64,000 bases of DNA from an uncultured Alphaproteobacteria bacterium (lineage in GTDB: Bacteria; Pseudomonadota; Alphaproteobacteria; Rhizobiales; Methyloligellaceae), in assembly GCA_963832515.1 (NCBI GenBank), contig CAWHUE010000014.1, positions 18,517 to 82,516 of the forward strand, given 5' to 3'. Positions 1 to 10,881 of this stretch are shown here, piece by piece; position 1 is the stretch's first letter, and each line of letters opens with the position of its first letter. The position numbers were made by a program, and so were the translations under genes. Under the pieces are notes generated by a model, which saw nothing but the letters and a program-made list of their open reading frames with translations, searched no databases and was not told the DNA's origin.

Positions 1-981
1 CCGGTGAATTCGGCGGCCGTTCCTGCCGCCGTCGATCGTTTCAGGCAGCGCGCCGAGATCGCTTGCGATGACCGGGCAGCCCATCGCTTGCGCCTCGATG
101 CTGGCGCGCCCGAACGTCTCCGGCACGAGCGAGGGCATCAGCGCGACATGGGCGGCGAGGAAGGCCGCCGGCATGTCGCCGCAATGGCCGACGAGCCGCA
201 CCTTGCCTGCGAGCCCGCTCTGGGCGACGAGGTCGAGCAGCTCGCGGCGGTAGGCCGCCTTGCCGGGCGCATCGCCGCCGGCGAGGATCACCACCGCATC
301 GGCAAGCTTGCCGTCGCGCGCAAGGCGTGACGCGGCCTCGATCGTCGGGCGCTGTCCCTTGATACCCGAGAGCCGCGCGGCGTGCAGCACGATGCGCGTT
401 CCGGGCTCGACGCCCCAGGCCTGCCTGAGTGCCGCCACGCGTTCCGCGGGGACCGCTTGCGGGTCGAAGACCGCGCTGTCGACGCCGCGATAGATGACGC
501 GGATGCGGTCGCGCGTCTCAGGCTGGCGCGAGGCGATCAGCGAAGCGGTGTACTCGGAGTTGGCGATGACGCGGTCGCCGCGTCCCATGACGCTGTTATA
601 GAGCGCCTTGAGCAGGCCGGGCTTGCCGTAAGCGCCGTGATAGGTGGTGACGAAGGGACGGCCGGTCGCGCGCGCAGCGCGCAGCGCGCTCCAGGCCGGC
701 GCGCGGCTTCGGGCATGCACGAGGTCGACCCCGCGCGCCTCGATGAGGCGTGCGAGCGCCCGCGCATTGGCGAGCATGGTCAGCGGGTTCTTGCTCGCCA
801 GGGGAAGGGGCACAATCTCCCCGCCCGATCGCTCGATGGCGGTTGCCATGCGGCCGCCTTCGGTGGCAACGAGGGCGTGGGCGCCCGCGCGGGCGAGAGC
901 GTCAGCGATCTCGACGGTCGTCTGCTCGCTGCCGCCCGCATCGAGACGCGGCACGACCTGCAAGATGGTCACCTTGGACAT
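1..981 (-). CDS. Glycosyltransferase family 4 (GT-B), 3' end outside window
   Basis: Manual translation from ATG at 981: MSKVTILQVVPRLDAGGSEQTTVEIADAL..., with the GT4 motif ETFGRASIEAQAMGCPVIASDLGALPETI near the window edge. Absent from the ORF track because it has no stop in the window. Confidence 0.9.
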   Translation of the reverse strand, partial: MSKVTILQVVPRLDAGGSEQTTVEIADALARAGAHALVATEGGRMATAIERSGGEIVPLPLASKNPLTMLANARALARLIEARGVDLVHARSRAPAWSALRAARATGRPFVTTYHGAYGKPGLLKALYNSVMGRGDRVIANSEYTASLIASRQPETRDRIRVIYRGVDSAVFDPQAVPAERVAALRQAWGVEPGTRIVLHAARLSGIKGQRPTIEAASRLARDGKLADAVVILAGGDAPGKAAYRRELLDLVAQSGLAGKVRLVGHCGDMPAAFLAAHVALMPSLVPETFGRASIEAQAMGCPVIASDLGALPETIDGGRNGRRIHR

Positions 982-998
982 GGCGCAAGGTTCTTAGG

Positions 999-1781
999 AT
1001 GGACGATCGGGAACCGCAATTCCTGGAGATCGGCGAGGGCGCCAAGCGCCGCCGCATCGCCTATCGCTTGGAGGAGCGCGGGGAGGGCGTTGGCGTTCTC
1101 TGGCTGCCCGGATTCCTCTCCGACATGGCAAGCACCAAGGCTGCCGCGCTCGCCGAATTCGCGGCCGCGCGCGACCTGACAATGCTGCGCTTCGACTATT
1201 CGGGGCACGGGCTTTCGGAAGGAAGCCTGCTCGAGGCCACAATCGGCGACTGGCTCGCGGAAGCGCTCGCCGTCTTCGAGCTCCTTAAGCAGCGCCGCGC
1301 GGTGGTGGTCGGCTCGTCGATGGGCGGATGGATCGCCCTGCTCCTGGCGCGCCATCTCGCGCAGCAGGGCGAACTGAAACGGCTCGCGGGGCTCGTGCTG
1401 CTCGCGCCCGCCTGGGACATGACGGAGCGGCTGATGTGGCACCAGATGGACGCTGAAGCGAAACAAGCGATCGCGCGCGACGGCGTCTATTACGAGCCCT
1501 CGCTTTACGGCGACCCTTACCCCATCACGCGGCGCCTGATCGAGGAAGGCCGCTCGCATCTGCTCGGCGAGGGATTGCTCCCGCTCGACCTGCCCGTGCG
1601 AATCCTGCAAGGGATGTGCGATGCGGACGTGCCGTGGGGCCACGCGCTCGACCTCGCCGATCTGCTCTGCTGCGGCGACGTCGAGGTCACCCTGATCAAG
1701 GACAGCGACCATCGCCAGTCGCGGCCGCAAGATCTGCGCCGGCTCGAAGCGACCGTCGCCGCGCTGATCTCAGGGCGCTGA
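999..1781 (+). CDS. Alpha/beta hydrolase (ABHD10-like esterase)
   Basis: MDDREPQFL start; RFDYSGHGLSEG, nucleophile GSSMGG, ILQGMCDADVP and DHR catalytic motifs. Confidence 0.9.
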   Translation: MDDREPQFLEIGEGAKRRRIAYRLEERGEGVGVLWLPGFLSDMASTKAAALAEFAAARDLTMLRFDYSGHGLSEGSLLEATIGDWLAEALAVFELLKQRRAVVVGSSMGGWIALLLARHLAQQGELKRLAGLVLLAPAWDMTERLMWHQMDAEAKQAIARDGVYYEPSLYGDPYPITRRLIEEGRSHLLGEGLLPLDLPVRILQGMCDADVPWGHALDLADLLCCGDVEVTLIKDSDHRQSRPQDLRRLEATVAALISGR

Positions 1782-2550
1782 TGGCCGCTCGGTCATCATC
1801 GGGCAAGCCGAGCGTCTTCTGCAGCGCCTCGGTCAGCTCGTCCTCGGTCTCGACCGTGATGTAATAGCCGCCCGTCTCGTTGGCGAGGCACTTCGTCTCG
1901 GTCACGGACTGCTCGCCGGTCCAGGTGTAGTTCTTCACGCGCAAGCCGATAACATGCACCGTGAGCTGGCGCGCGGCGGAGCGCAGGAGCTTCGCGACGC
2001 TGCACGGCGATCCACCGCAGGTCTCCTCGCCGTCGGTCAGAAGCACGACCACGCCGGCTTCGGTCCTGTAGTGGAGCACCTCCGCGGCCTGCACGACCGA
2101 GGCCGTGAGCGGCGTCTTGCCGGACGGGGTGAGCGTGCTCACCACGCCCATGATCTCGGCAGCCGCATTCGCGGTCGGCTCGAGGTTGAGATGCACGTTG
2201 CATTGCTGCCACGGGCCGGGCCCATAGGTGATCAGCCCGACGCGGCGAAAGCGCGTGATATTCGGCAGCACCTTGCCGAGCGACGCGCGGACCTTGTCGA
2301 TGCGCGTCACGTGTCCTTTCGTGTCGCTGCCATGGCCCCAACCGTTGCCCGACATCGAGCCCGACGCGTCGAACACGATCATGGCGTCCTCGGTGCACGG
2401 TGTTGGCGGCCCGGTGTCTTCGGCGCGCGCGTCTGGGACAGCAGCGCGGCGAGCGCCAGTTGCGCAGGCGACCCGCAGGATGCAAGGAAGATCACGAAGC
2501 GTTCCGCGCCCAGTCCCCACCCGGCTGTTCGCGGAATGATATCTCGTCAC
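1770..2550 (-). CDS. von Willebrand factor type A domain protein (probably exported)
   Basis: MIDAS motif DASGSM, GKTPL, LLTDGEETCGG. Start is uncertain. A +1 indel near 1805 probably hides the true end (TLGCPMMTERPSAP*, stop at 1770). Confidence 0.75.
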
Positions 2551-2619
2551 AGCCAGGCTTGTCGTGGCATCCGCGCTTCCGTTTTCCGGTAAGCGTTCGT
2601 GAATTCCGGGAACTTACAA

Positions 2620-3505
2620 CTAGCGGCCGCGGGAGGGTGGTGTCTCCTCGAGCAGAGCGGCGAGGCCTTCGCGGAAGGTGGGATAGCGCAGCTCCACGCC
2701 AAGCTCGGACTTGATGCGGGTATTGGCGATGCGGCGGCTGCCCTCGTAGAAGCTTCGCGCCATCGGCGTGAGGTCAGCCTCCTCGAAGGGAACCTCAGGC
2801 GGCGGCGACACGCCGATCAGCTCCGCTGCATAAGCCACGACATCGCCGGGTGCCGCCGGCTCGTCGTCGGCGACGTTGTAGATGGCGCCGGCGCGCGGCC
2901 GCGCGATCGAGGCTTCCAGCACGCCGGCAATGTCCTCGACATGGATGCGGCTGAACACCTGCCCGTCCTTCTTCACGCGCCGCGCTGTGCCGTCGCGCAG
3001 CTTGTCGAACACACTGCGGCCGGGCCCATAAATGCCGGCGAGACGGAACACGTGCACGGGCACGCCAATCTCCGCGCCGAAGGCGAGCCACGCCTGCTCA
3101 GCTTCGACGCGCGCCTCGGTGCGCGCGCTGTTGGGCAGTGTGCGCGTCGTCTCGTCGACCCAGTTTCCCTGCTGGTCGCCATAGACCCCGACGGTCGAGA
3201 GATAGCCGATCCATGCAAGCGAAGAGAGGCGCGCGATCGCGGCCCGGTAATGCGCGAGCACGGGATCGCCGGAACGCTCCCGGCGGGATCGAGTGCAGAA
3301 GATGCGTGGTGCCGCGAAGCTGCTCGACAAGCGCGCGATTGTCGGGCTCGCCGGCGAAGCGGACCATTGCGTAGCCTTCCGCCGCAAGCCGCTCGACATT
3401 GGCGGAATCACGTCCCGTTCCCGCGATCTGCCAGCCTTTGCCCGCGAGCCTTGCGGCGAGCTCTTGCGCCGAATAGCCGAGGCCGAAACAGAACAGCCGG
3501 CTCAC
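2620..3505 (-). CDS. SDR/NAD-dependent epimerase-dehydratase (frameshift near 3275)
   Basis: GTG overlaps the queG stop. SRLFCFGLGYS Rossmann start is in one frame; YLSTVGVYGD, RLAGIYGPGR and FSRIHVEDI are in the other. Confidence 0.88.
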
Positions 3506-4617
3506 GCCGCCTCTCCCATCCACTCCATGCGGACATCGGGGTCGGGATCGTTCGCGCCGCTGAGGCGGAGCGCGTGGAAGCGCGACGGCGCAAGCCGCGC
3601 CAGTGCCCACACTGCCATGGCGCGCACGAGGGGTGACGGATCGGCGAGCCGCGCCTCGACCAGCAGTACGAGCGTGGCGTCGCCCGAGTTGCCGGCGGCG
3701 ATGAGCACGTTGCGCAGGAAACGGTCGCGGCCGGTGCGCTTGATCGGCGTGCCGCGGAAACGCGCGCGGAACGCGGCATCATCAAGCACCAGCAGCTCGG
3801 CGAGCGGCGGGTTCACGCTTTCGGCGCGCACGGCGAGCTTCGTCTCGCGCGCGCTTTGCGCGAATTTGTTCCAGGGGCAGACGGCGAGACAGTCGTCGCA
3901 ACCGAAGATGCGGTTGCCCATGCGCTCGCGAAACCGGGGCGCGATGTGCCCTTTGTGCTCGATGGTGAGGTAGGAGATGCAGGCGCGCGCGTCGATGCGG
4001 TAGGGCGCGGTCAGCGCAGCCGTCGGGCAGATATCGAGGCAGCGCCGGCACGCACCGCAATGATCCTCTTCGGCTGCGTCGGGCTCGATCTCGGCGCTCG
4101 TGAAGATCGAGCCGATGAAGAGCCACGAGCCGAACTCGCGCGACACGAGGTTCGTGTGCTTGCCCTGCCAGCCCAGCCCTGCGCGCGCCGCAAGCGGCTT
4201 CTCCATCACAGGCGCCGTATCGACGAAGATCTTCACCTCGGTGTCGGTGAACATCTGGACCCGCGCCGCAAGCTGCCTGAGCTTCGCCTTGATCACGTCG
4301 TGATAGTCGGCGCCTTGCGCATAGACCGAGATCGCGCCGCGCGAACGCTCTTGCAGAAACGCGAGCGGGTCTTCGCCGCGCCCATAGTTCACGCCGAGCA
4401 GGATCACACTCCGCGCCTCGGGCCAGAGCGCGCGAGGCGCTTTGCGGCGCTCCGCGGTCGCGGCGAGCCAGTCCATGTCGCCGTGCCGGCCCTCGCCGAG
4501 AAACACAGCGAGCGACGCGCCCGTGCCTTCGACCGCGTCGGCCGTGGTGAAGCGCACGGCATCGAAGCCGAGCGCCTTGGCCTCTTCGGCAATGCGCTGC
4601 TTGATTGTCTCAGCCAT
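3502..4617 (-). CDS. queG: Epoxyqueuosine reductase
   Basis: FVDTAPVMEK, GWQGKHTN, CGACRRCLDICPT and FGCDDCLAVCPWN Fe-S motifs; AGGA RBS before ATG 4617. Confidence 0.96.
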   Translation of the reverse strand: MAETIKQRIAEEAKALGFDAVRFTTADAVEGTGASLAVFLGEGRHGDMDWLAATAERRKAPRALWPEARSVILLGVNYGRGEDPLAFLQERSRGAISVYAQGADYHDVIKAKLRQLAARVQMFTDTEVKIFVDTAPVMEKPLAARAGLGWQGKHTNLVSREFGSWLFIGSIFTSAEIEPDAAEEDHCGACRRCLDICPTAALTAPYRIDARACISYLTIEHKGHIAPRFRERMGNRIFGCDDCLAVCPWNKFAQSARETKLAVRAESVNPPLAELLVLDDAAFRARFRGTPIKRTGRDRFLRNVLIAAGNSGDATLVLLVEARLADPSPLVRAMAVWALARLAPSRFHALRLSGANDPDPDVRMEWMGEAA

Positions 4618-4629
4618 AGCCAATCCTAT

Positions 4630-4707
4630 GTCATTCCGGCGCAAGCCGGAATCCAGACCCAGCTCCTCTGCCTTGGACGTCTGGATCCCGGCTTTCGCCC
4701 GGATGAC
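4630..4707. repeat. CGTC/GTCAT-tagged REP-like palindromic doublet
   Basis: GTCATTCCGGCGCAAGCCGGAATCCA...CTGGATCCCGGCTTTCGCCCGGATGAC. Near-identical arms recur at 34765, 55396 and 56907. Confidence 0.85.
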
Positions 4708-5394
4708 CTAAAAGTCGAGGTCGGCGTAGGTGCCGGACGGGGTGAAGCCCGCGACGCGGTCCTGCAGCAGCGGCCTGAACGAGGGCCGCGACTTGAGCAG
4801 CGCGTACCAGTTCTTGGCGGGCTCGTGCTCCTCCCAGGGCACTTCGCCGAGATAATCGAGCGCCGAGAGATGCGCCGCGGCGGCGAGGTCGGCGAAGCTC
4901 AGCGCATCGCCCGCGAGCCAGCTCCGCGTCTCGGCGAGATGGCCAATATAGGCGAGGTGATAGCGGAGGTTCTCGTGGCCCGCCCGCATCGCCTCCATGT
5001 CGGGGGAAGCGCTTTGCGGCCCGAAGCGCCGGAACACCTTCTCCTCGATCAGATAGGCCGTGACCTCCTCGTGGAACTTGCGGTGGAACCAGTCGACCAG
5101 CCGCCGCACCTCGGCGCGGGCCGCCTCGTCGCCCGGGAAGGGCTGGAAGCCCCGCGGATCCCGCTCGCCGGCCGTGTCGCCGAGATATTCCGAGATGGCG
5201 TAAGCGCCGGCAACCGGCCCTTGCTCGTCGGTGAGGAGCACCGGCAGGGTGCCCGCCGGGTTCAGCTCCAGAAACTCCCGGCGCCATTCCCACGGTTTCT
5301 CCTCGGCGAGCTCGGCCTCGACCCCGCATTCGGCGAGTGCGAGCCGGATCGACCGGGAATAGGCGCAAAGGGGATAGTGCAGGAGCGTCGCCAT
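4708..5394 (-). CDS. fzlA: GST-family FtsZ-binding protein FzlA-like
   Basis: LLHYPLCAYSRSIRLAL, LNPAGTLPVL, WYALLKSRPSFRPLL and C-terminal YADLDF; position between queG and uppP matches alphaproteobacterial fzlA. Confidence 0.8.
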   Translation of the reverse strand: MATLLHYPLCAYSRSIRLALAECGVEAELAEEKPWEWRREFLELNPAGTLPVLLTDEQGPVAGAYAISEYLGDTAGERDPRGFQPFPGDEAARAEVRRLVDWFHRKFHEEVTAYLIEEKVFRRFGPQSASPDMEAMRAGHENLRYHLAYIGHLAETRSWLAGDALSFADLAAAAHLSALDYLGEVPWEEHEPAKNWYALLKSRPSFRPLLQDRVAGFTPSGTYADLDF

Positions 5395-5502
5395 CGACCC
5401 ATTCGGTGGCTATTTCGTTCGAATTGAATCGCGCGGGACTAGGGCTCGGTATAGAACCTGCTCGCGCGAGGAACAAGCGGGGCGGCTAGGCGCCGAGGGG
5501 CA

Positions 5503-6300
5503 ATGACGGTCGAGCAGATTATCGTCCTGGCGATAGTGCAGGGCATCACCGAATTTCTGCCCATCTCCTCGTCAGGCCACCTGATCCTTGTCCCGAACAT
5601 CATGCACTGGCCCGATCAGGGTCATTTCACCGATGTGATGGTGCATCTAGGGACGCTGCTCGCCATCCTCATTTATTTCTGGCGCGACGTGTGGCGGCTC
5701 ACCGTCGGCGCGCTCGAGCTGTTCAAGGGCAAGATCACCGACGACGGCAAGCTCGCTATCTACATCGTGCTTGCCACCATCCCGGCCATCGCCTTCGGCC
5801 TGTTCCTCAAGAAGTTCGGCTTCGAGGACCTCGAGCGCAACGTGGCCGTCGTGGCCTGGAACACGATCCTCTACGGTCTCTTGATGCTCGTCGCCGACAT
5901 GGTCGGGCCGCAGGAGCGGAGCATGTCCAACATGACGCTCAGCAGCGCCCTTATCATAGGTGTTGCCCAGGCGCTTGCCCTGATCCCCGGCACGAGCCGT
6001 TCCGGCGTCACCATCACTGCTGGCCGCTTTCTCGGCTTCACCCGGCCGGAGGCGGCGCGCTTCTCGTTCCTGCTTGGCATTCCGGCCATGGCCGGCGCGG
6101 GCGTGCTCACGATCGGCGACGCGATCGCCGACGGCGAAAGCATCACCATGGATGCGTTCTACGCTGCGATCCTCACCTTCTTCGCAGGGCTTGCGGCCAT
6201 CGCCTTCCTCATGGCTCTCGTCAGGCGCATGAGCCTGCTGCCCTTCGTGATCTACCGCATGATCCTCGGCGGCTTCCTGCTGGTGATGGTCTACTCTTAA
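5503..6300 (+). CDS. uppP: Undecaprenyl-diphosphate phosphatase
   Basis: VQGITEFLPISSSGHL and PGTSRSGVT motifs; multiple TM segments. Confidence 0.96.
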   Translation: MTVEQIIVLAIVQGITEFLPISSSGHLILVPNIMHWPDQGHFTDVMVHLGTLLAILIYFWRDVWRLTVGALELFKGKITDDGKLAIYIVLATIPAIAFGLFLKKFGFEDLERNVAVVAWNTILYGLLMLVADMVGPQERSMSNMTLSSALIIGVAQALALIPGTSRSGVTITAGRFLGFTRPEAARFSFLLGIPAMAGAGVLTIGDAIADGESITMDAFYAAILTFFAGLAAIAFLMALVRRMSLLPFVIYRMILGGFLLVMVYS

Positions 6301-6303
6301 GTT

Positions 6304-6380
6304 GAGCATGATCCCTCGGGTCAAGCCCGAGGACATGCTTTTCCGAAAACCGGTTCCCACTTTTCGGGATCATGCTCTAG
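6304..6380. repeat. CIR/RIME-like inverted-repeat element carrying an extra hairpin
   Basis: Minus strand reads CTAGAGCATGATCCCGAAAAGTGGGAACCGGTTTTCGGAAAAG...GATCATGCTC, with terminal IR GAGCATGATCC. It lies between convergent genes. Confidence 0.75.
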
Positions 6381-7352
6381 GGCCGGTAGGTCGAGAACTG
6401 GCCGCGTGGGCGGAACTGCTCGAGGTAATCCGGCACGACCGAGGCGACCGCGACCGGCTCGATGCCGAGTCCTTCCAGCGTGCGCCTTGCGCGTTTCGCT
6501 TCCTCGCTTACCACGCTGTCGCTCTGGAGGAGCCGCACCTGGTCGACGGTCAGCATCGGATTCGGGAAGAGCTGCAGGAAGGCCGCCTTCGTCTTGGCGA
6601 GCCAGAAGGGCATCGGCGCGAGCCAGCGCTTGCGCATCGTGTAGTCGAGCACGCGCTGCATGACCTCTTTCATGCTGAGGATCTCGGGGCCGCCCAATTC
6701 GTACGGCGCGCCTGCCTTCGCTTGACCCGTTATCCCGGCCAGCGCCGCTTTGGCCACGTCGCCGGCGAAGACGGGCTCGAGCCGCGTCTTACCGCCGCCG
6801 ATCAGCGGGAGCGCGGGCAGCGCGCGCGCGAGCGCGGCGAAGCGGTTGAAGAAATCGTCCTCCGGTCCGAACACGATGGAGGGGCGAAGGATCACCGCCT
6901 GCGGAAAGATCTCCCGCACCGCCCGTTCGCCTTCGGCCTTGGTGCGGGCATAGACGGATTTCGCTTCCGCGCTCGCGCCGATCGCCGAGACATGCACGAG
7001 CACTTTTGCGCCCGCCGCCCAGGCCGCCTCCGCCACATGGCGCGCGCCTTCGTCCTGCACCGATTTGAAGGTCTGCTTGCCGGTCGGGAAGAGAATGCCG
7101 ACCAGGTTGACGACGGCGTCGGCGCCGCGCGACGACGCGATCAGCGAATTCAGGGAAGCGGACATTGGCCTGCACCAGGCTGATCTGGCCCACGCCGCCG
7201 AGCGGCTGGAGGTGGCCGGCAAGCTCGGGTCGCCTGACCGCGACGCGCATGCGCGCGCCGGTCCTGGCGATGGCGCGGACGACATGGCGCCCGATAAAGC
7301 CCGAGCCGCCATAGATCGTCACGAGCGCCCTGTTGTTCAGCGTAATCGCCAC
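6377..7352 (-). CDS. Complex I NDUFA9 subunit family NAD(P)-binding protein (frameshift near 7150)
   Basis: VTIYGGSGFIGRHVVR and LQPLGGVGQI in frame 1; VVNLVGIL, HVSAIGA, YARTKAEGE and RPSIVFGPEDDFFNRFA in frame 2. Confidence 0.92.
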
Positions 7353-7424
7353 GACTCGCTCCGGCTCTCGCAGGTGCAGCAATACACGACCGGGGCCAAG
7401 GGTTGAAGGCGCTTCGCCCGCCGA

Positions 7425-7453
7425 TTGACTTTGGCAGGGGCCGACCGTACTTG
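7425..7453 (+). promoter_or_regulatory. Sigma70-type promoter of tRNA-Leu
   Basis: TTGACT-17 nt-TACTTG, ending 11 nt before the tRNA. Confidence 0.6.
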
Positions 7454-7464
7454 AGGGGCCATCA

Positions 7465-7551
7465 GCCCAGGTGGCGGAACTGGTAGACGCGCTAGCTTCA
7501 GGTGCTAGTGCCCGAAAGGGCGTGGAAGTTCGAGTCTTCTCCTGGGCACCA
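7465..7551 (+). tRNA. tRNA-Leu (CAG)
   Basis: GCCCAGG/CCTGGGC acceptor stem, CTAGC-TT CAG GT-GCTAG anticodon arm, long variable arm, GTTCGA T-loop, CCA end. Confidence 0.97.
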
Positions 7552-7610
7552 TTCCGGCTTTCTTAAGCGCCGCTGCGGTAAGAATGCCGCCGCCAAGGAG
7601 AGCTTGAAGC

Positions 7611-8237
7611 TTGAACACCGCCTCGCCCACCATCGAACTCTACAAGGGCGACCTGCCGCCGGGACGCTTTTCCGGCCGGGCCGTCGCCATCGACACCGAG
7701 ACGCTGGGGCTCAATCCCAATCGCGACCGGCTCTGCCTCGTGCAGCTCTCCGATGGTGACGGGACGGCCGCGCTCGTCCAGTTCGCCGCCGGGCGCTACG
7801 ATGCGCCCGAGCTTACCCGCCTCCTCGCCGACGAGAGCGTGCTCAAGATCTTCCATTTCGGCCGCTTCGACATGGCCGTGCTCAAGCATTTTCTCGGCGT
7901 CATGCCGCAGCCGGTCTATTGCACCAAGGTCGCCTCGCGGCTTGCCCGCACCTTCACCGACCGCCACAGCCTCAAGGACCTTTGCCGCGAGTTGCTCGGC
8001 ATCGAGCTCTCCAAGCAGCAGCAATCCTCGGACTGGGGCGCGCCCGAGTTGACCGTGGATCAGCTCAATTATGCCGCGAGCGACGTGTTGCATCTGCACG
8101 CGCTAAGGGAGAAACTCGACGCCATGCTGAAGCGCGAGGGCCGCGAGAAGCTTGCGCGCGCCTGTTTCGAGTTCCTGCCCATGCGCGCCGAGCTCGATCT
8201 TGAAGGCTGGTCCGAGATCGACCCCTTCGCGCACTAG
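7611..8237 (+). CDS. rnd: Ribonuclease D-like 3'-5' exonuclease
   Basis: AIDTETLGL, KIFHFGRFD, SKQQQSSDWG and YAASDV DEDD motifs. Confidence 0.92.
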   Translation: MNTASPTIELYKGDLPPGRFSGRAVAIDTETLGLNPNRDRLCLVQLSDGDGTAALVQFAAGRYDAPELTRLLADESVLKIFHFGRFDMAVLKHFLGVMPQPVYCTKVASRLARTFTDRHSLKDLCRELLGIELSKQQQSSDWGAPELTVDQLNYAASDVLHLHALREKLDAMLKREGREKLARACFEFLPMRAELDLEGWSEIDPFAH

Positions 8238-8369
8238 GGCTTAAAGAACGGCCAAAAAGGCCGGAGAATGGCGCGCTCGGGCCGCTGGCCGCCGTCGCAA
8301 TGTGAGCAAAGTCCTAGGGCTAGCTGACGGACCGGCTCGCCGGGCAGCGAGCCTTTGCATGGGCGAGAA

Positions 8370-9084
8370 ATGTCGATCGAGGCGAATGTCGTTCCGGGAG
8401 GCTCGCACTACCGCATGCGCACGGCCGAGGAGCGCGAGTTCGCCTTTCTCGCCGCCGAGCGCCACACGCGTGTCGTCTCGTTCTTGCGCAAGGTGCTTCC
8501 GATCCTCGCAGTGCTCGTGCTTGCCGCCTATTTCATTTCCACCCAGTTCAGCGTCAAAGTCGGCATCGGCGATATGACCGCGAGCATCGAGCGGCATCCA
8601 GGTGTCCGGCGGCAAACTGCGCATGATCAACCCGAAGCTCAAGGGCGCCGACAAGCGGAACGGCGCCTATGTGGTGAGCGCCGACTATGCGGACCAGGAC
8701 GTAAAGAACCCGAAGATCGTCAAGCTCAATGCGCTGAAGGCAGACCTATCCAATCCGTCCGGCAACTGGTCGCGCATGAATGCGACCCGCGGCGTGTTCG
8801 ACAGCACCGCCGAGCGGCTCGTGATGCAGGACAAGATCACCATCGCCACGAGCTCGGGGGTGAGCGGCGAGATGACCCACGCCACGCTCGACATGAAGAC
8901 CCAGACACTCCGCTCGCACAGGCCCGTCTACTTCAAGACCACGGGCGGGACGGTGCGCGCGAACGCACTCACCTTCCGCTCGGCCGACAGCACGCTCACC
9001 TTCCGCGGCAAGGTGCATGTCCACCTGACCAGGGACCAGAAGCCGGGCCGCGAAGCCGGCAAGGGCCGGCGTGCCGAACAATGA
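8370..9084 (+). CDS. lptC: LPS export protein LptC (frameshift near 8592)
   Basis: AERHTRVVSFLRKVLP plus a TM anchor, then the beta-jellyroll region (MINPKLKG...TFRGKVHV) in the next frame; lies before lptA and lptB. Confidence 0.85.
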
Positions 9085-9147
9085 CGTTCCGCCGCTGCCA
9101 AGCCCTACCGCGAGCAGGACGCGGGCGCAAGTGAGGTTGGGCGCGCA

Positions 9148-9958
9148 ATGAGCGGCCTGCATCTCGGCTTCGCGGCCCGGCTCGCACGCATCGTCGCAAG
9201 CATCATGCTTGGCTTGGCGATATTGGCTTCGGCCGTGTCTGTCTCCGCGGAAACCACGACCAACAAATTTGGCGCGCTGTCCGGCGACTCCAAGGAGCCG
9301 ATCGACATCGAGTTGGACATGCTCGTCGTGCGCGACAAGGAGAAGCTCGCGACCTTCAAGGGCAACGTCAAAGCCGTGCAGGGCAAGACGACGCTCCAGC
9401 GCAACCGAGCTCGACGTCCATTATAGCGGCGGCAACCGGCTCGGGATTGGCGGCGCCGAAAGCGCCGAAAGCACCGGCGCAAGCGACGCGCCGACAGCCG
9501 AGGGTAGCGCCGACGCGGCGAAGAAAGCCAAGGGCGACGACGGCACGCAGATCACCAAGATCGAAGCCAAGGGCAATGTCGTCATCAACACCCAAGACAA
9601 TCAGACCACGACCAGCGAATGGGCGCTCTACGACGTGCCCTCGCAGTTGGTAACCGTGGGGGGCAATGTGGTGTTAACCCAAGGGGAGAATGTGCTAAAG
9701 GGTGACCGGCTCGTCATCGACCTGAAGACAGGCCAGAGCCGGTTCGAAAACACGGCCAGTTCCTCCACCGGAGGCCGCATCCGCGCGCTTTTCATGCCGA
9801 AGGGAGGACTGGGCGGCCTCAAGCCGGGCGACGCCAAGCCGGAAGATGGTGCGGCGCCGGCGGCCAAGCCTAGTGCCGACGCAGCCGGCGGCAAGCCGGA
9901 TAGTGGCACATTTGGAGATGCCGCGCCGATGCCGCTCGATCCCATGCGGCAACAATAG
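9148..9958 (+). CDS. lptA: LPS transport periplasmic protein LptA (frameshift near 9400)
   Basis: Signal peptide, PIDIE..LVVRD, ATFKGNVKAVQG, then GNVVLTQGENVLKGDRLVIDL. Confidence 0.88.
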
Positions 9959-10021
9959 AGCGCGCCTGCCGTTCGCCGGACATCGACCGGCCGGCGCCTC
10001 AACTGAAGGAGCAAGGGGTCA

Positions 10022-10852
10022 GTGGGCAAGCTACTGTCGTTCCCGGGGCGCGAGGCACTCGCCGTGCAGGGCATTACCGTTCCCCTGCAACAGCCTGCCC
10101 AGACGGCCGCGCCTTCGCCCGATCCCGCGGCCGGCCGACTTACAGTCCAATCCGTCGTCAAAAGCTTCAAGAAGCGCACCGTGGTGCGCGGCGTGAGCCT
10201 CGAGCTCGCGCGCGGCGAGGCGGTCGGGCTGCTCGGACCGAACGGCGCCGGCAAGACCACCGTCTTCTACATGATCACGGGCCTGATCCCGGCCGACGAA
10301 GGAAGCATCAAGATCGACGGCCGCGACGTGACCAAGCTGCCGATGTACCGGCGCGCGCGCCTCGGCATCGGCTATCTGCCGCAAGAGGCCTCGATCTTCC
10401 GCGGTCTTACCGTCGAGGAGAACATCCTCGCGGTGCTCGAGACGGTGGAGCCCAACAAGCGCGAGCGGTACGCGCAGCTTGATGCCTTGCTCGAAGAGTT
10501 CCGCATCACGCGCTTGCGGAAATCGCCGGCGATGCGGCTTTCGGGTGGCGAGCGCCGTCGCGTCGAGATCGCGCGCGCTCTCGCCACGCGTCCCTCCTTC
10601 ATGCTGCTCGACGAGCCGTTTGCCGGCATCGACCCGATCGCCGTCAACGACATCCGCACGCTGGTGCGCCACCTCACCGACCGCGGCATCGGCGTGCTCA
10701 TCACCGACCACAATGTGCGCGAGACGCTCGACCTCGTAAGCCGCGCCTACATCATCCATGACGGCATGGTGCTGACCCACGGCACCGCGCAGGAAATCGT
10801 CAACAACGAGGACGTGCGGCGCGTCTATCTCGGCGACCAGTTCAGGATCTGA
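10022..10852 (+). CDS. lptB: LPS export ABC transporter ATPase
   Basis: [46 protein letters not shown]. Confidence 0.96.
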   Translation: MGKLLSFPGREALAVQGITVPLQQPAQTAAPSPDPAAGRLTVQSVVKSFKKRTVVRGVSLELARGEAVGLLGPNGAGKTTVFYMITGLIPADEGSIKIDGRDVTKLPMYRRARLGIGYLPQEASIFRGLTVEENILAVLETVEPNKRERYAQLDALLEEFRITRLRKSPAMRLSGGERRRVEIARALATRPSFMLLDEPFAGIDPIAVNDIRTLVRHLTDRGIGVLITDHNVRETLDLVSRAYIIHDGMVLTHGTAQEIVNNEDVRRVYLGDQFRI

Positions 10853-10881
10853 GTGAAGTTGATCGCGGGTGCGTTCGGATA

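Noticed and set aside
7465-7620. Integrative element at tRNA-Leu
   Set aside because: rnd follows within 60 nt; no integrase or att duplication.
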